A program made the position numbers and the translations under genes. 64,000 nucleotides of DNA from a bacterium (lineage in GTDB: Bacteria > UBA8248). The stretch covers positions 544,001 through 608,000 of the forward strand of contig OZ241996.1 in NCBI GenBank assembly GCA_965204535.1, in the 5' to 3' direction. This document shows positions 39,937-48,964 of the stretch, piece after piece. The notes beneath the pieces were generated by a model that did not search any database, was not told where the DNA came from, and worked only from the letters and a program-made list of their open reading frames with translations. Positions within the stretch are counted from its first letter, which is position 1. Every line of letters starts with the position of its first letter.

Positions 39937-41196
39937 TTACTTGCCCTTCGCGTATGGGTAGATGAAGTTTCCGGACTTGAACTCCTCGGGATACACCACC
40001 ACCATCTTTCCTGCTTTGCTGAACTCGCTCATCTTGTTGCTCTCGATGTTCTGCAGTTGAACCTGGAACGTCCGGGAAGTCGCCCATTCGCCGTTCTTGC
40101 CGAACTTCACGTCTCCGACCACGGTCGAATGGGTGTTGTTGCGGATGTAGGCGCCGATCTTCGCCTGATCGAAGCTCTTGGTGGCCTCGATCGCATTTCC
40201 GAGCAACTGAACGTAGGCGTAGGCGAACGGCGGCAGGTAGTAGCCCAGCGGGTCGAGTTTCTGCTTGGGCGCTTCTTTCTGGTATTTCGCCAGGAATGCC
40301 TCGATGCCGGGGAACTTCAGGGTCTTCTCCGGCGCCCAGAACCAGTAGTCCGTGATGCCGTTCAGCAGTTTGCCGAGGTTCATCTGGATGGCGGTGTACT
40401 GAAGGCCCACCATGCCGCCGCCGAAGAGCTTGGGTTCCAGTTTGATCTCATGTGCGGCCTTCACGATGCCCACCGATCCGCCCGGGTAGGAGCCCACGTA
40501 GAAGAGATCCGGGTTCGCTGCCTTGACCGCGCGCAGAATCGGCGTGAAGTCGGTCGTGCCGGGGAAGGGGTAGCGCTTGTCGTAGACTATCTTGAAGCCG
40601 AATTTCTTCGCGTTCCGGCGGGCGCCGGCCACGGCGTTGCGAGCGAATTCCGCATCCGCGGAGAGCAGCGCTATCGTCTTTGGACGGGGCTTTTGCTTCG
40701 CGGCGAGTTCGAAGAAGCCGCGCGACCAGTCCACAATCGGGTCGGGACCGGCCGGCATGATCTGAAAGTAGTTGTTGTATTTGAACTTCGCGTTCGCGTC
40801 CAGGCCGAACAGGCCCATGAACACCATGCCGCGCTCCATCGCGATGGGCAGGGCGGGAACGATGAGGTTCGTCCCGTAGCCCGATACGATGAAGTCCACC
40901 TTGTCCACGTCGAGCAGCTTGGCGTAGATGCCCGGTACGTTGGCCGGCTTGGTCTGATCATCGTAATAGACCAGCTTGACCTTGCGGCCGAGCAGTCCGC
41001 CCTTGGCGTTTACGTCGTCGCGCCAGATCTGCATGGCCAGAAGCGCCGCCTTGCCCGCGGGGCCGAGCGGTCCGGTGAGCGCCATGCTGAAGCCTATCTT
41101 CACTTCCTTGGCCGCCTGCGCCATAGGCGTGAAGGCGATGCTCACTGCGAGGAGCAGCGCAAACCCGAGAATAACGTGCCTGATTATCCTGCCCAT
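39937..41196 (-). CDS. LIV-type ABC substrate-binding protein
   Basis: Signal peptide from ATG 41196; VKIGFSMALTGPL and GGLLGRKVKLVYYDD. Confidence 0.9.
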   Translation of the reverse strand: MGRIIRHVILGFALLLAVSIAFTPMAQAAKEVKIGFSMALTGPLGPAGKAALLAMQIWRDDVNAKGGLLGRKVKLVYYDDQTKPANVPGIYAKLLDVDKVDFIVSGYGTNLIVPALPIAMERGMVFMGLFGLDANAKFKYNNYFQIMPAGPDPIVDWSRGFFELAAKQKPRPKTIALLSADAEFARNAVAGARRNAKKFGFKIVYDKRYPFPGTTDFTPILRAVKAANPDLFYVGSYPGGSVGIVKAAHEIKLEPKLFGGGMVGLQYTAIQMNLGKLLNGITDYWFWAPEKTLKFPGIEAFLAKYQKEAPKQKLDPLGYYLPPFAYAYVQLLGNAIEATKSFDQAKIGAYIRNNTHSTVVGDVKFGKNGEWATSRTFQVQLQNIESNKMSEFSKAGKMVVVYPEEFKSGNFIYPYAKGK

Positions 41197-41484
41197 TTTT
41201 TTCTCCCTCTCGATTTCAACTGTAGAGTTTGTCGTTTCGAGACGCCACGCCGCACGAGGTGCGGCAACAAATTCACACTTCCATTTCATTGATTCGGCGG
41301 CGAAATTTACCACAAAACAACCCGCTTCACAATAACTCCATAATAAATAAAGGATTTCAGGGAGAGAGTACGGGTGAAGGGGAGCATCTCTTTCGAGCAG
41401 GTGCGACGGATCAACCTGGGAGGACCAGCGCATCACTGAACGGTGAAATCCCTGGGAAAGTACGTCTAATGTTGACTTGTCGCC

Positions 41485-42762
41485 TTACGCCTTCACCTTC
41501 TCGTTGGACAGATGCGCGATGGCGGAGGCGAGGATTTCCGCACCCTTCACCATGTCGTCAAAGTGCGTGAACTCCTCGGGCGTGTGCGAGAGACCTCCCA
41601 CCGAGGGGATGAACACCATGCCCATCGGGCAAATCTCCGCCATGCGGCAGGCGTCGTGCACCCCGCCGCTCGACAGCGTGAGCGCGGCGTGGCCGGTTTC
41701 TTGAGAAGCGCGCCGGAGCGCCTTTTGGATGTTGCCCGACGCGGGGCAGACGGCCAGCTTCCTCACGTCGTCCAGACGGCCCTTTACGCCGCGTTCCTTC
41801 TCGATGGCGGAGAGGGTCTTTTCCATTCGCCCGAGGATGCGCTCCATCACCGCCTGGCTTCTGCTTCTGAGATCAAAGGAGAGTCTCGCGCCTCCGGGTA
41901 CGATGGACACCCATCCCGGGAGCGCCTCCATCTCCCCAAAAGTGATCGTGACGCGCTGGGAGTCGGGCGCGCGGTTCACGAGGTTTTCCATGCGCACCAT
42001 GAAGTCCGCCGCCGCGATGCCGGCGTCCTTGCGGTAGGGCATGGGCTGTCCGCCCGAGTGCGCCGTGACGCCCGTGAAATGAACCTCGCCTCTTGTGTAT
42101 CCTACCACCCTGTCCACGATGCCGATGGGGACTTCGGCCGATTCGAGCACGGGGCCCTGTTCGATGTGAAGCTCGAGAAATGCCTTGAGCGAGTCCTCCT
42201 TGATACGGCACGAGCGGACGCGCGCAGGACTCCCGTCCACCGCCTCGATGGCCTGATAGAGCGATTTTCCGCTGGGCGGATGCACCGTGTTCTTCAAGTC
42301 CTTCACGCCCACGACGCCCGTGGCGACGCTGCTGCCGAACACCGTCATCCCGCATGCGGATTCCTCCCCCACGAAGGCCACTATCTCGATGGGGTGATCG
42401 TGGGCGAGCCCCGTCTCCTCGATGCGGCGGAACGCTTCCAAAGCGGTGAGAACGCCCGCGGGCCCGTCGAACCGTCCGCCCGGGCTTTGGGAATCGAGGT
42501 GGGAGCCCGCCATCACGGCGGGAAGCCCGCGCACGCGGCCCTCTTTTCTTCCGTAGAGGTTGCCCACGGCGTCGACGCGCGTCTTGAGGCCCGCCGCCTT
42601 CATCCAGCCCTCGGCGAGGTCGCGCACCTCATTGTAGACCGGTGTGAAGGCCACGCGGTCGAGGCCCGTTTTTCCGTATTTGCCGATCTTCGCCTGGGCG
42701 TTGAACTCACGCCTCATGCGGGCGCGGTTCGCGCGAAGAGGGAACGTGTCTTTCGAGGGCAT
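41485..42762 (-). CDS. Zn-dependent amidohydrolase (allantoate amidohydrolase / N-carbamoylase, M20 family)
   Basis: GSHLDS, GRFDG, GEES, ELHIEQGPVL, SGGVHDA and SHTPEE. Confidence 0.92.
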   Translation of the reverse strand: MPSKDTFPLRANRARMRREFNAQAKIGKYGKTGLDRVAFTPVYNEVRDLAEGWMKAAGLKTRVDAVGNLYGRKEGRVRGLPAVMAGSHLDSQSPGGRFDGPAGVLTALEAFRRIEETGLAHDHPIEIVAFVGEESACGMTVFGSSVATGVVGVKDLKNTVHPPSGKSLYQAIEAVDGSPARVRSCRIKEDSLKAFLELHIEQGPVLESAEVPIGIVDRVVGYTRGEVHFTGVTAHSGGQPMPYRKDAGIAAADFMVRMENLVNRAPDSQRVTITFGEMEALPGWVSIVPGGARLSFDLRSRSQAVMERILGRMEKTLSAIEKERGVKGRLDDVRKLAVCPASGNIQKALRRASQETGHAALTLSSGGVHDACRMAEICPMGMVFIPSVGGLSHTPEEFTHFDDMVKGAEILASAIAHLSNEKVKA

Positions 42763-42792
42763 CAAACGGCCTCCTTATGGTTCAGGTATGGT

Positions 42793-43545
42793 CTAGAACA
42801 GATCCTTGGGCACGGGCACTTCCTCGTAGTCCTCGGGCCTGAGAGGGTTTTCCGACACAATCTCCAGCATCCCGAAATAGTGATAGGTTTGCCGCAGATG
42901 CTGAAAGGCGTGCCCCAGGGAGAGGATCATCAGTTCATGTACGGTGATGGGCCCCATATAGCTCGACACTTTCTTGGCGAGCGCCTCGCCGCCGTCTGTG
43001 AGGAATTCGGTGAGCCTGGCCTGGATTTCATCCCCATAGGCGCAAATGTCTTCGGTGGTATCGTAATCGTCCGCCATGGTTTCATACCGGCGCACCATCT
43101 CCTCGGTGTATTCGCCCGATGCGTGGGCCTGCATCACCAGGTCCGGACGCTCGAAGCTGTGCCAGGTGAGCTGGCGAAGCGAGCGGGGCCTGCCGGGGGA
43201 TATCCAGTCGAGGGTTTCGTGCGGAATCTGGCGGACCACGCGGCGCAGGGCGTCGAATACCATCTCGAAGTAGTGGAGCATCTTTTCGGACGAGAGGGGG
43301 CCTGCGCCTTCCCCTTCGATGCCGAAGGCCTGGCGAAGCGCATCCACGTCATAGCCCACCACCACGTTCTCTCCGCGTACGGCGACGGGCAGGGACTTGA
43401 TGCCGAGTGCTTTCAATTCCGCCTGCGCCTCGGCGTCGTTCGTACAGTCCCGGTTGACGACTTCCAGACCACTGGACGAGAGAAACTCTCTCGTAAGGGC
43501 GCAGGTGTATCACCCGTGCCGCGTGTAGACCTTGACAGCTTCCAT
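42793..43545 (-). CDS. Putative selenoprotein: glutaredoxin-like (UxxC) domain fused to a DinB-like domain, 250 aa
   Basis: GGGAG RBS, ATG 43545, MEAVKVYTRHG-TGA-YTC-ALTREFL, continuous in frame with ORF 42793..43416. SLPV/VVVGYD match Grx; WH...GHAFQHLRQ matches the DinB His triad. Confidence 0.85.
43476..43494 (-). promoter_or_regulatory. Candidate bacterial SECIS element
   Basis: mRNA ACGAGAGA-GUU-UCUCUCGU, a perfect 8-bp stem with G first in the loop, beginning 15 nt after the UGA at 43512-43510. Confidence 0.75.
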
Positions 43546-43722
43546 CGCTTTTCTCCCGAGTGAACGCGAAAGTGATTTTTGTATATTGGATGGAGCATAT
43601 CAAAACGATCTCGATGAGAAAAACTGCCCCGCGCGCTTTGGCGAAAAAGCCCGCGTGTTTTACTATCCCGAGGGCGCGACGCGCCTGGATTGACGTTTTT
43701 GACCCTGAACGGGGAGACCCCG

Positions 43723-45249
43723 ATGTCCAAATGGTTCGTGAAGGGCGATGTGGACGGCTTCTTCGGCCTGTGGATGGACAACCTCATCAACCTTCTTCTC
43801 ATCGTGAGTTTCTTGAAAGGGCTGCTGGGTTTTCCCGATTCGCTCATCTTCGGGCGCGTGTTGCCCGCCGCGGCGCTGAGCCTTCTGGGCGGAAATCTTT
43901 TCTACACCTGGCAGGCGCGGCGGCTGGCCGCGCGCGAGGGCCGCGACGACGTGACCGCCATGCCTTACGGCCTGAACACGGTGACGCTTTTCGCATTTAT
44001 CTTCTTCGTCATGCTGCCGGTGAAACTCAAGACCGGAAGCGCCGAGGCGGCCTGGAAGGCAGGTATGGCGGCCTGTTTCGTGAGCGGGGTGATCGAGACC
44101 GTCGGTGCGCTGGCGGGCGGGTGGATCAGGCGGGTCGCGCCGAGGGCCGCCCTGCTCTCCGCACTGGGAGGCATCGCGCTCACGTTCATCGCCATGGATT
44201 TCGCGTTCAGAATCTGGGAGAATCCGCTCCTCTCCATGATCCCGCTGGGAATCATCCTGATCCATTATTTCGGCGGATTCCGGTTCCCCTTCGGTGTGCC
44301 CGGCGGCCTCGTGGCGGTGGCTGTGGGAGTGGTGCTCTCCGCCGTCATCAGAGGATTTCCGGGCGGTATCCCCGCGCCTGTGGGCCTTGCGCTCCCATCC
44401 TTCGCCTTCGGTCCTTTGTCAGACGCTCTCTTCGGCCCGCTGGCCTGGGATTACCTCGCGGTTTCCATCCCCATGGGCCTGATGACGCTTGTCGGCAGCC
44501 TGATGTGCCTCGAAAGCGCGGCTGCGGGCGGAGACAGTTTCGATACGGGCAGTTCCCTGGCGGTGAACGGCGCGGGATCGCTTCTCGCGGCGTGTCTGGG
44601 CAGTTGTTTTCCCACGACCATATATATCGGACACCCTGCCTGGAAGGCAGTCGGGGCGCGCTCCGGCTATAGCGCCATGAACGGGGTCGTGATGACGATC
44701 CTTTGCCTCACCGGATCGATAGCGGCGCTCTCGAAGATCATTCCGGGCGAAGCGCTCTTCGCCCTCATGCTCTGGATCGGGGTGATGATGCTCACCCAGG
44801 CCTTCCAGGCCGTACCGAAGAACCACGGGCCGGCCGTGGCCATCGGGTTGATACCCGCCATCGCCGCGTGGGGTCTGCTGATGGTGGAATCCTCCTTAAG
44901 GGGAGCGGGAACGAACTTGTGGAAAGTAGGGCAGGATGCGTTCGCCAAGGCGGGATTCCACCTCGTCGGGATGGTCACCCTGGAGCGCGGTTTTCTTTTC
45001 ACGTCCATCATCATGACTGCCATCGTGGCCAAGCTTGTGGACAAGGAGCCGAAACAGGCGGGAGGATGGGCGCTGACCGGCGCGGTATTGAGCTGGTTCG
45101 GGGTCATCCACGCCTGGCGAATCACGCCCGGCGGCGTCGTCAGCTTCTTCGGCTGGGGGGCGGCGCCCGGCATAGCTGCCGGCTATTTGCTCATGGCGCT
45201 CCTGTTCTTCTCGTTCGGGCTGAAACCCCTGGAAAAGGAAACATCTTGA
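43723..45249 (+). CDS. NCS2/AzgA-like nucleobase permease
   Basis: GDVDGFFGL, DVTAMPYGLNT, FPTTIYIGHPAWK...GARSGYS; many TM segments. Confidence 0.8.
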   Translation: MSKWFVKGDVDGFFGLWMDNLINLLLIVSFLKGLLGFPDSLIFGRVLPAAALSLLGGNLFYTWQARRLAAREGRDDVTAMPYGLNTVTLFAFIFFVMLPVKLKTGSAEAAWKAGMAACFVSGVIETVGALAGGWIRRVAPRAALLSALGGIALTFIAMDFAFRIWENPLLSMIPLGIILIHYFGGFRFPFGVPGGLVAVAVGVVLSAVIRGFPGGIPAPVGLALPSFAFGPLSDALFGPLAWDYLAVSIPMGLMTLVGSLMCLESAAAGGDSFDTGSSLAVNGAGSLLAACLGSCFPTTIYIGHPAWKAVGARSGYSAMNGVVMTILCLTGSIAALSKIIPGEALFALMLWIGVMMLTQAFQAVPKNHGPAVAIGLIPAIAAWGLLMVESSLRGAGTNLWKVGQDAFAKAGFHLVGMVTLERGFLFTSIIMTAIVAKLVDKEPKQAGGWALTGAVLSWFGVIHAWRITPGGVVSFFGWGAAPGIAAGYLLMALLFFSFGLKPLEKETS

Positions 45250-45304
45250 GCGGACTGATCCGCGTTCGTTGCGGAAGAGACGCATTTCGCCGTCTGGAGA
45301 GGAT

Positions 45305-46825
45305 ATGAACATGCAAAAAGAATCGGTGTTTGATTTGGTATCCATCGGGGGAGGGGTCGGTGGCCTGGTGGCCTCAGTGGGCGCTGCGCAACTGGGCGCC
45401 AAGGCAGCACTCGTGGAGAAGGCGAAACTCGGCGGCGATTGCCTGAACTATGGATGCGTGCCGTCTAAGGGCCTGATCCGCTCGGCGAGGCTGGCCGCGC
45501 AGGCGCGCTCGATGCCCGAGTTCGGGATTGACGTAAGCGATGTGCGGGTCGATTTTCCCCGCGTTATGAAGCGGATGAAGGCGGCCCAGGCCCACATCGG
45601 CGAGCACGATGCGCCCGAGCGCTTCGAGGGCATGGGCATCGAAGTGATATTCGGCGATGGGGCCTTTACCGGCCCCGATACGTTTCAGGTAGGGGACAGG
45701 ACGCTGCGGGCCAAGCGGTTCTTGCTGTCCATGGGGAGTTCTCCCTTCGTGCCGCCCATCGCCGGTCTCGATAGCGTGCCCTATCTCACGAACGAAACAG
45801 TTTTCGATTTGGAGGAATTGCCGAGACGCCTAGTGGTGCTGGGAGCGGGACCCATCGGCCTGGAACTATCCCAGGCGTTTCAGCAACTCGGCGCCGAGGT
45901 GGAAGTGCTGCAAAGCGCGCCGAAGCTCCTGCCGAGACTCGATAAGGAGATGGCCGAGATTCTTGCCGATTCCCTGGCGAAATCCGGCCTCAAGCTACAC
46001 TTCAACGTGAACACGCAAAAGGTCGAGAAACGCGGCGAGGAGATTTTCCTGGAGGCCGATACGCCGTCGGGAAAACGAGAATGGGCTTGCGATCAGCTCC
46101 TCATCGCTACCGGCCGATCGCCCAACGTGGGCGGGATGGACCTCGAAAAGGCGGGCGTGAAGCACACGCCGCGCGGCGTGGAGACGGACGAGTATCTCCA
46201 GACTTCGAATCCGCGCATCTTCGCCGCCGGCGACATCCGGGGTCAATATCTCTTCACCCATATGGCGGAATATGAGGCGGGCGTTGCGCTCAGGAACATG
46301 CTCTTCAGCGCGCCTTTCGGGATTCCGCTCCCGTTTCTCAAGAAGAAAACGAACTATGACGCCGTGCCGTGGACGATCTACACCACGCCCGAGGCGGCGC
46401 ACGTCGGCTTGAGCGAAGCTGACGCCGAAGCGGCTTTGGGGGCGAATCGCATCCAGGTGCTCCGCTTCCCGATGAGCCGCGTGGACCGCGCCGTTTTGGA
46501 TGGAGAGACGGAGGGTATTTGCAAGGTGGTGTGCGACGAGAAGGGCAGGCTCGTGGGGGCTGATTTGGTCGGGCCTGCGGCGGGAGAGATATTGCACGAG
46601 TTCGTGTTGGCCGTCCGCAAAAAGATGCACGTCAAAGAGGTGGTGGATACGGTTCACGTCTACCCCACCCTGGCGCAGGTGAACAAAAGGGTGGCGGGCC
46701 GGTTTTATGCCAAAAAACTCTTCACGCCGGCCTTCAGGAAGAAGATGCAGCGCCTTTTCGGGCTCACGGGGAGCATCGAGGTGACCGACCCCGCCGACCT
46801 GAACGGTCACGGCGCGGAGGAATAG
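45305..46825 (+). CDS. Pyridine nucleotide-disulphide oxidoreductase (MerA/Lpd-like)
   Basis: IGGGVGG, GGDCLNYGCVPSK, GAGPIG and HVYPT; no C-terminal Cys pair or HMA domain. Confidence 0.88.
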   Translation: MNMQKESVFDLVSIGGGVGGLVASVGAAQLGAKAALVEKAKLGGDCLNYGCVPSKGLIRSARLAAQARSMPEFGIDVSDVRVDFPRVMKRMKAAQAHIGEHDAPERFEGMGIEVIFGDGAFTGPDTFQVGDRTLRAKRFLLSMGSSPFVPPIAGLDSVPYLTNETVFDLEELPRRLVVLGAGPIGLELSQAFQQLGAEVEVLQSAPKLLPRLDKEMAEILADSLAKSGLKLHFNVNTQKVEKRGEEIFLEADTPSGKREWACDQLLIATGRSPNVGGMDLEKAGVKHTPRGVETDEYLQTSNPRIFAAGDIRGQYLFTHMAEYEAGVALRNMLFSAPFGIPLPFLKKKTNYDAVPWTIYTTPEAAHVGLSEADAEAALGANRIQVLRFPMSRVDRAVLDGETEGICKVVCDEKGRLVGADLVGPAAGEILHEFVLAVRKKMHVKEVVDTVHVYPTLAQVNKRVAGRFYAKKLFTPAFRKKMQRLFGLTGSIEVTDPADLNGHGAEE

Positions 46826-46831
46826 GGCAAG

Positions 46832-47410
46832 CTATACGCCGAAATCCTTGATTTTTGGTTCATCCAGGCCCAGGGCGTGGCCGATTTCATGCAGCAGCAG
46901 ATCGCCTATCTTCGCTCTGTAACGCTTCGGGTCTCGCTTGCATTCGCTTTTGACGACCGATGCGTACAGTTCTATCGCGTTCAGACGGGGAATCCACACG
47001 GCCACGGGATAGCATCCTACGGCGCGTACGATTTCCGGCGGCGGGAGCGCCAGCAGCCGGACGGGTATGCCCCGGGCTTCGATTTCCCGCGCCATTTGCG
47101 GATGAATATCTTCCTTGATGACGTCGTCAAGGATATGTTCCATCAGAAGAACCTCTTCTTCCGATACTTCCGGAAAGAAAGACTCCATGAATTCGACGAG
47201 CGCCGCTTCATCCTCGGGGATATCGGGTTCTTTGGGAGGGAAGAGAGCGTTTCTGTATTCAGAGAGTTTGGCGCTTCCCGTGACGGCGAAGAAGATGATC
47301 GCTCCCAGCGCGATGACGCCCGCAAACCAGGCCAAACCGATGAGGGGTTTGATGTAGGGTTTCCACCACCAGTATTGCAGAAAATTCCAATCACCCAGGA
47401 GATTCGCCAT
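46832..47410 (-). CDS. Membrane-anchored zincin-like (minimal metallopeptidase) protein
   Basis: N-terminal TM segment; C-terminal IELY...LLHEIGHALGLDE. Confidence 0.75.
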   Translation of the reverse strand: MANLLGDWNFLQYWWWKPYIKPLIGLAWFAGVIALGAIIFFAVTGSAKLSEYRNALFPPKEPDIPEDEAALVEFMESFFPEVSEEEVLLMEHILDDVIKEDIHPQMAREIEARGIPVRLLALPPPEIVRAVGCYPVAVWIPRLNAIELYASVVKSECKRDPKRYRAKIGDLLLHEIGHALGLDEPKIKDFGV

Positions 47411-47548
47411 TGAAAAGACATCCCAAAGATGAATCGGGGAGAACCGCGAGCCTCTCGTAATGACCCAGGAGGTTTCGCTGGATGATGGTGGGGCCGCTCA
47501 ACCCGGGAGGTTCATGGGGATGGATTTCCCCGTCTTCGAGAGAGTCGC

Positions 47549-48943
47549 TCAACCTTCGAGGCTCATGAGCATGGGTTCTTCCAGCGCGTCGGCCACCCAT
47601 CTCAGAAACTTGACGCCATCCGCCCCGTCGATGATGCGGTGGTCGTAGGAAACCATGAGCGGGAGCATCAGGCGCGGTTCGAATGCTTCTGCGTCTTTCG
47701 CCCAAACCGGCTCCATGCGCGCGCGGGAGACGCCGAGGATGGCGACTTCGGGCCAGTTCACTATCGGGGTGAAATACGTGCCGCCGAAGCCGCCGAGGTT
47801 GGTGATGGTCATGGAGCCGCCCTGCATGTCGTCGGGTGCGAGTCTTCGGGAGCGGGCGCGTTCTGCAACTTCGCCCAGTTCCACCGATAGTTCGATGATG
47901 TTTTTCTTGTCCGCATCGCGAATTACCGGTACGAGCAAACCGTTTTCGGTATCTACGGCAACACCTACATGTATGTAGTTTTTGTAGACGATCTCTTCGG
48001 CCGCCGTGTCTACGCTCGCGTTGAATTGCGGGAAGACTTTGAGAGCCGAAGCGATGACTTTAATGAGGATGGCGGTGATGGTGAGTTTGCCGCCGGCGGT
48101 CTCCGCTTTTGGAGTGAATTTTCTTCTCAAGTCATCGAGTTCGGAAATATCGGCTTTTTCGCACTGCGTCACATGGGGGACGCTCGTCCATGCGCGCGTG
48201 AGATTCACGGACGTCGCGCGCCGGATTCCCGTCATCGGTTCGCGCTTGATCTTCCCCCAGCGGGCGAGGTCCGGCAGTTGAACGGGGGCGCTCATCTGCG
48301 CCGGGGCAGGCGCATCCGGCAAGGCGGCGCCCCCTTGCGCCGCCACGAATTGCCTGACGTCTTGCGCGGATATTCTGCCTCCAATCCCGCTGCCCGGCAC
48401 ATCGCTTATGTCGATGCCCGCCTCACGGGCGATTCTGCGTACCGAGGGCGCCGCGGGCGCGGGCGCTTTTTTGCTCTTTGGCGCAGGCGTTTCAGAAGTC
48501 TCCGGTGCAGGGGTCCCGGTGGGTTCCAGAGAAAGTCCGGCAGGCACGGATTCCGTCGCGGCGGCATCTTCACCCGTCGTCTCGAAAAGCGACGCGGGTT
48601 CGTCCGCCGGTATGGGCCGGGTTTCTTCCGGGTCCACCCGTTCTTTGGCGCCTGAGGTAATTTCCTCAAAATTCTCTTCGTCCAGAGTGGGCGCCGCAAT
48701 CTCGCTGCTCTCTTCGATGACGAGAATCGTTCCCCCGACTTCGGCGTCGTCGCCGGGTTTGAGATGGATTTCCGTTATCTTGCCCTCGACCGATGAGGGG
48801 ACTTCGATGAGCGCCTTGTCGGTCTCGACTTCGATGACCGACTGATCCACTGCCACGGTGTCTCCCACGTTGACTAAAACGGCAACTACTTTTCCGGATG
48901 TGATGTTCTCCCCGAGTTCGGGGAGTCTGAGTTCGATGGTCAT
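47549..48943 (-). CDS. aceF: Pyruvate dehydrogenase E2, dihydrolipoamide acetyltransferase (single lipoyl domain)
   Basis: ETDKA lipoyl site, APSVRRIARE binding domain, DHRIIDGA; directly downstream of aceE. Confidence 0.93.
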   Translation of the reverse strand: MTIELRLPELGENITSGKVVAVLVNVGDTVAVDQSVIEVETDKALIEVPSSVEGKITEIHLKPGDDAEVGGTILVIEESSEIAAPTLDEENFEEITSGAKERVDPEETRPIPADEPASLFETTGEDAAATESVPAGLSLEPTGTPAPETSETPAPKSKKAPAPAAPSVRRIAREAGIDISDVPGSGIGGRISAQDVRQFVAAQGGAALPDAPAPAQMSAPVQLPDLARWGKIKREPMTGIRRATSVNLTRAWTSVPHVTQCEKADISELDDLRRKFTPKAETAGGKLTITAILIKVIASALKVFPQFNASVDTAAEEIVYKNYIHVGVAVDTENGLLVPVIRDADKKNIIELSVELGEVAERARSRRLAPDDMQGGSMTITNLGGFGGTYFTPIVNWPEVAILGVSRARMEPVWAKDAEAFEPRLMLPLMVSYDHRIIDGADGVKFLRWVADALEEPMLMSLEG

Positions 48944-48964
48944 GGAACTCCCTCGGGATTTGTA

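Noticed and set aside
45305-46825. Calling this merA or lpdA
   Set aside because: It lacks the MerA C-terminal Cys-Cys and mer context, and lacks the Lpd catalytic His motif.
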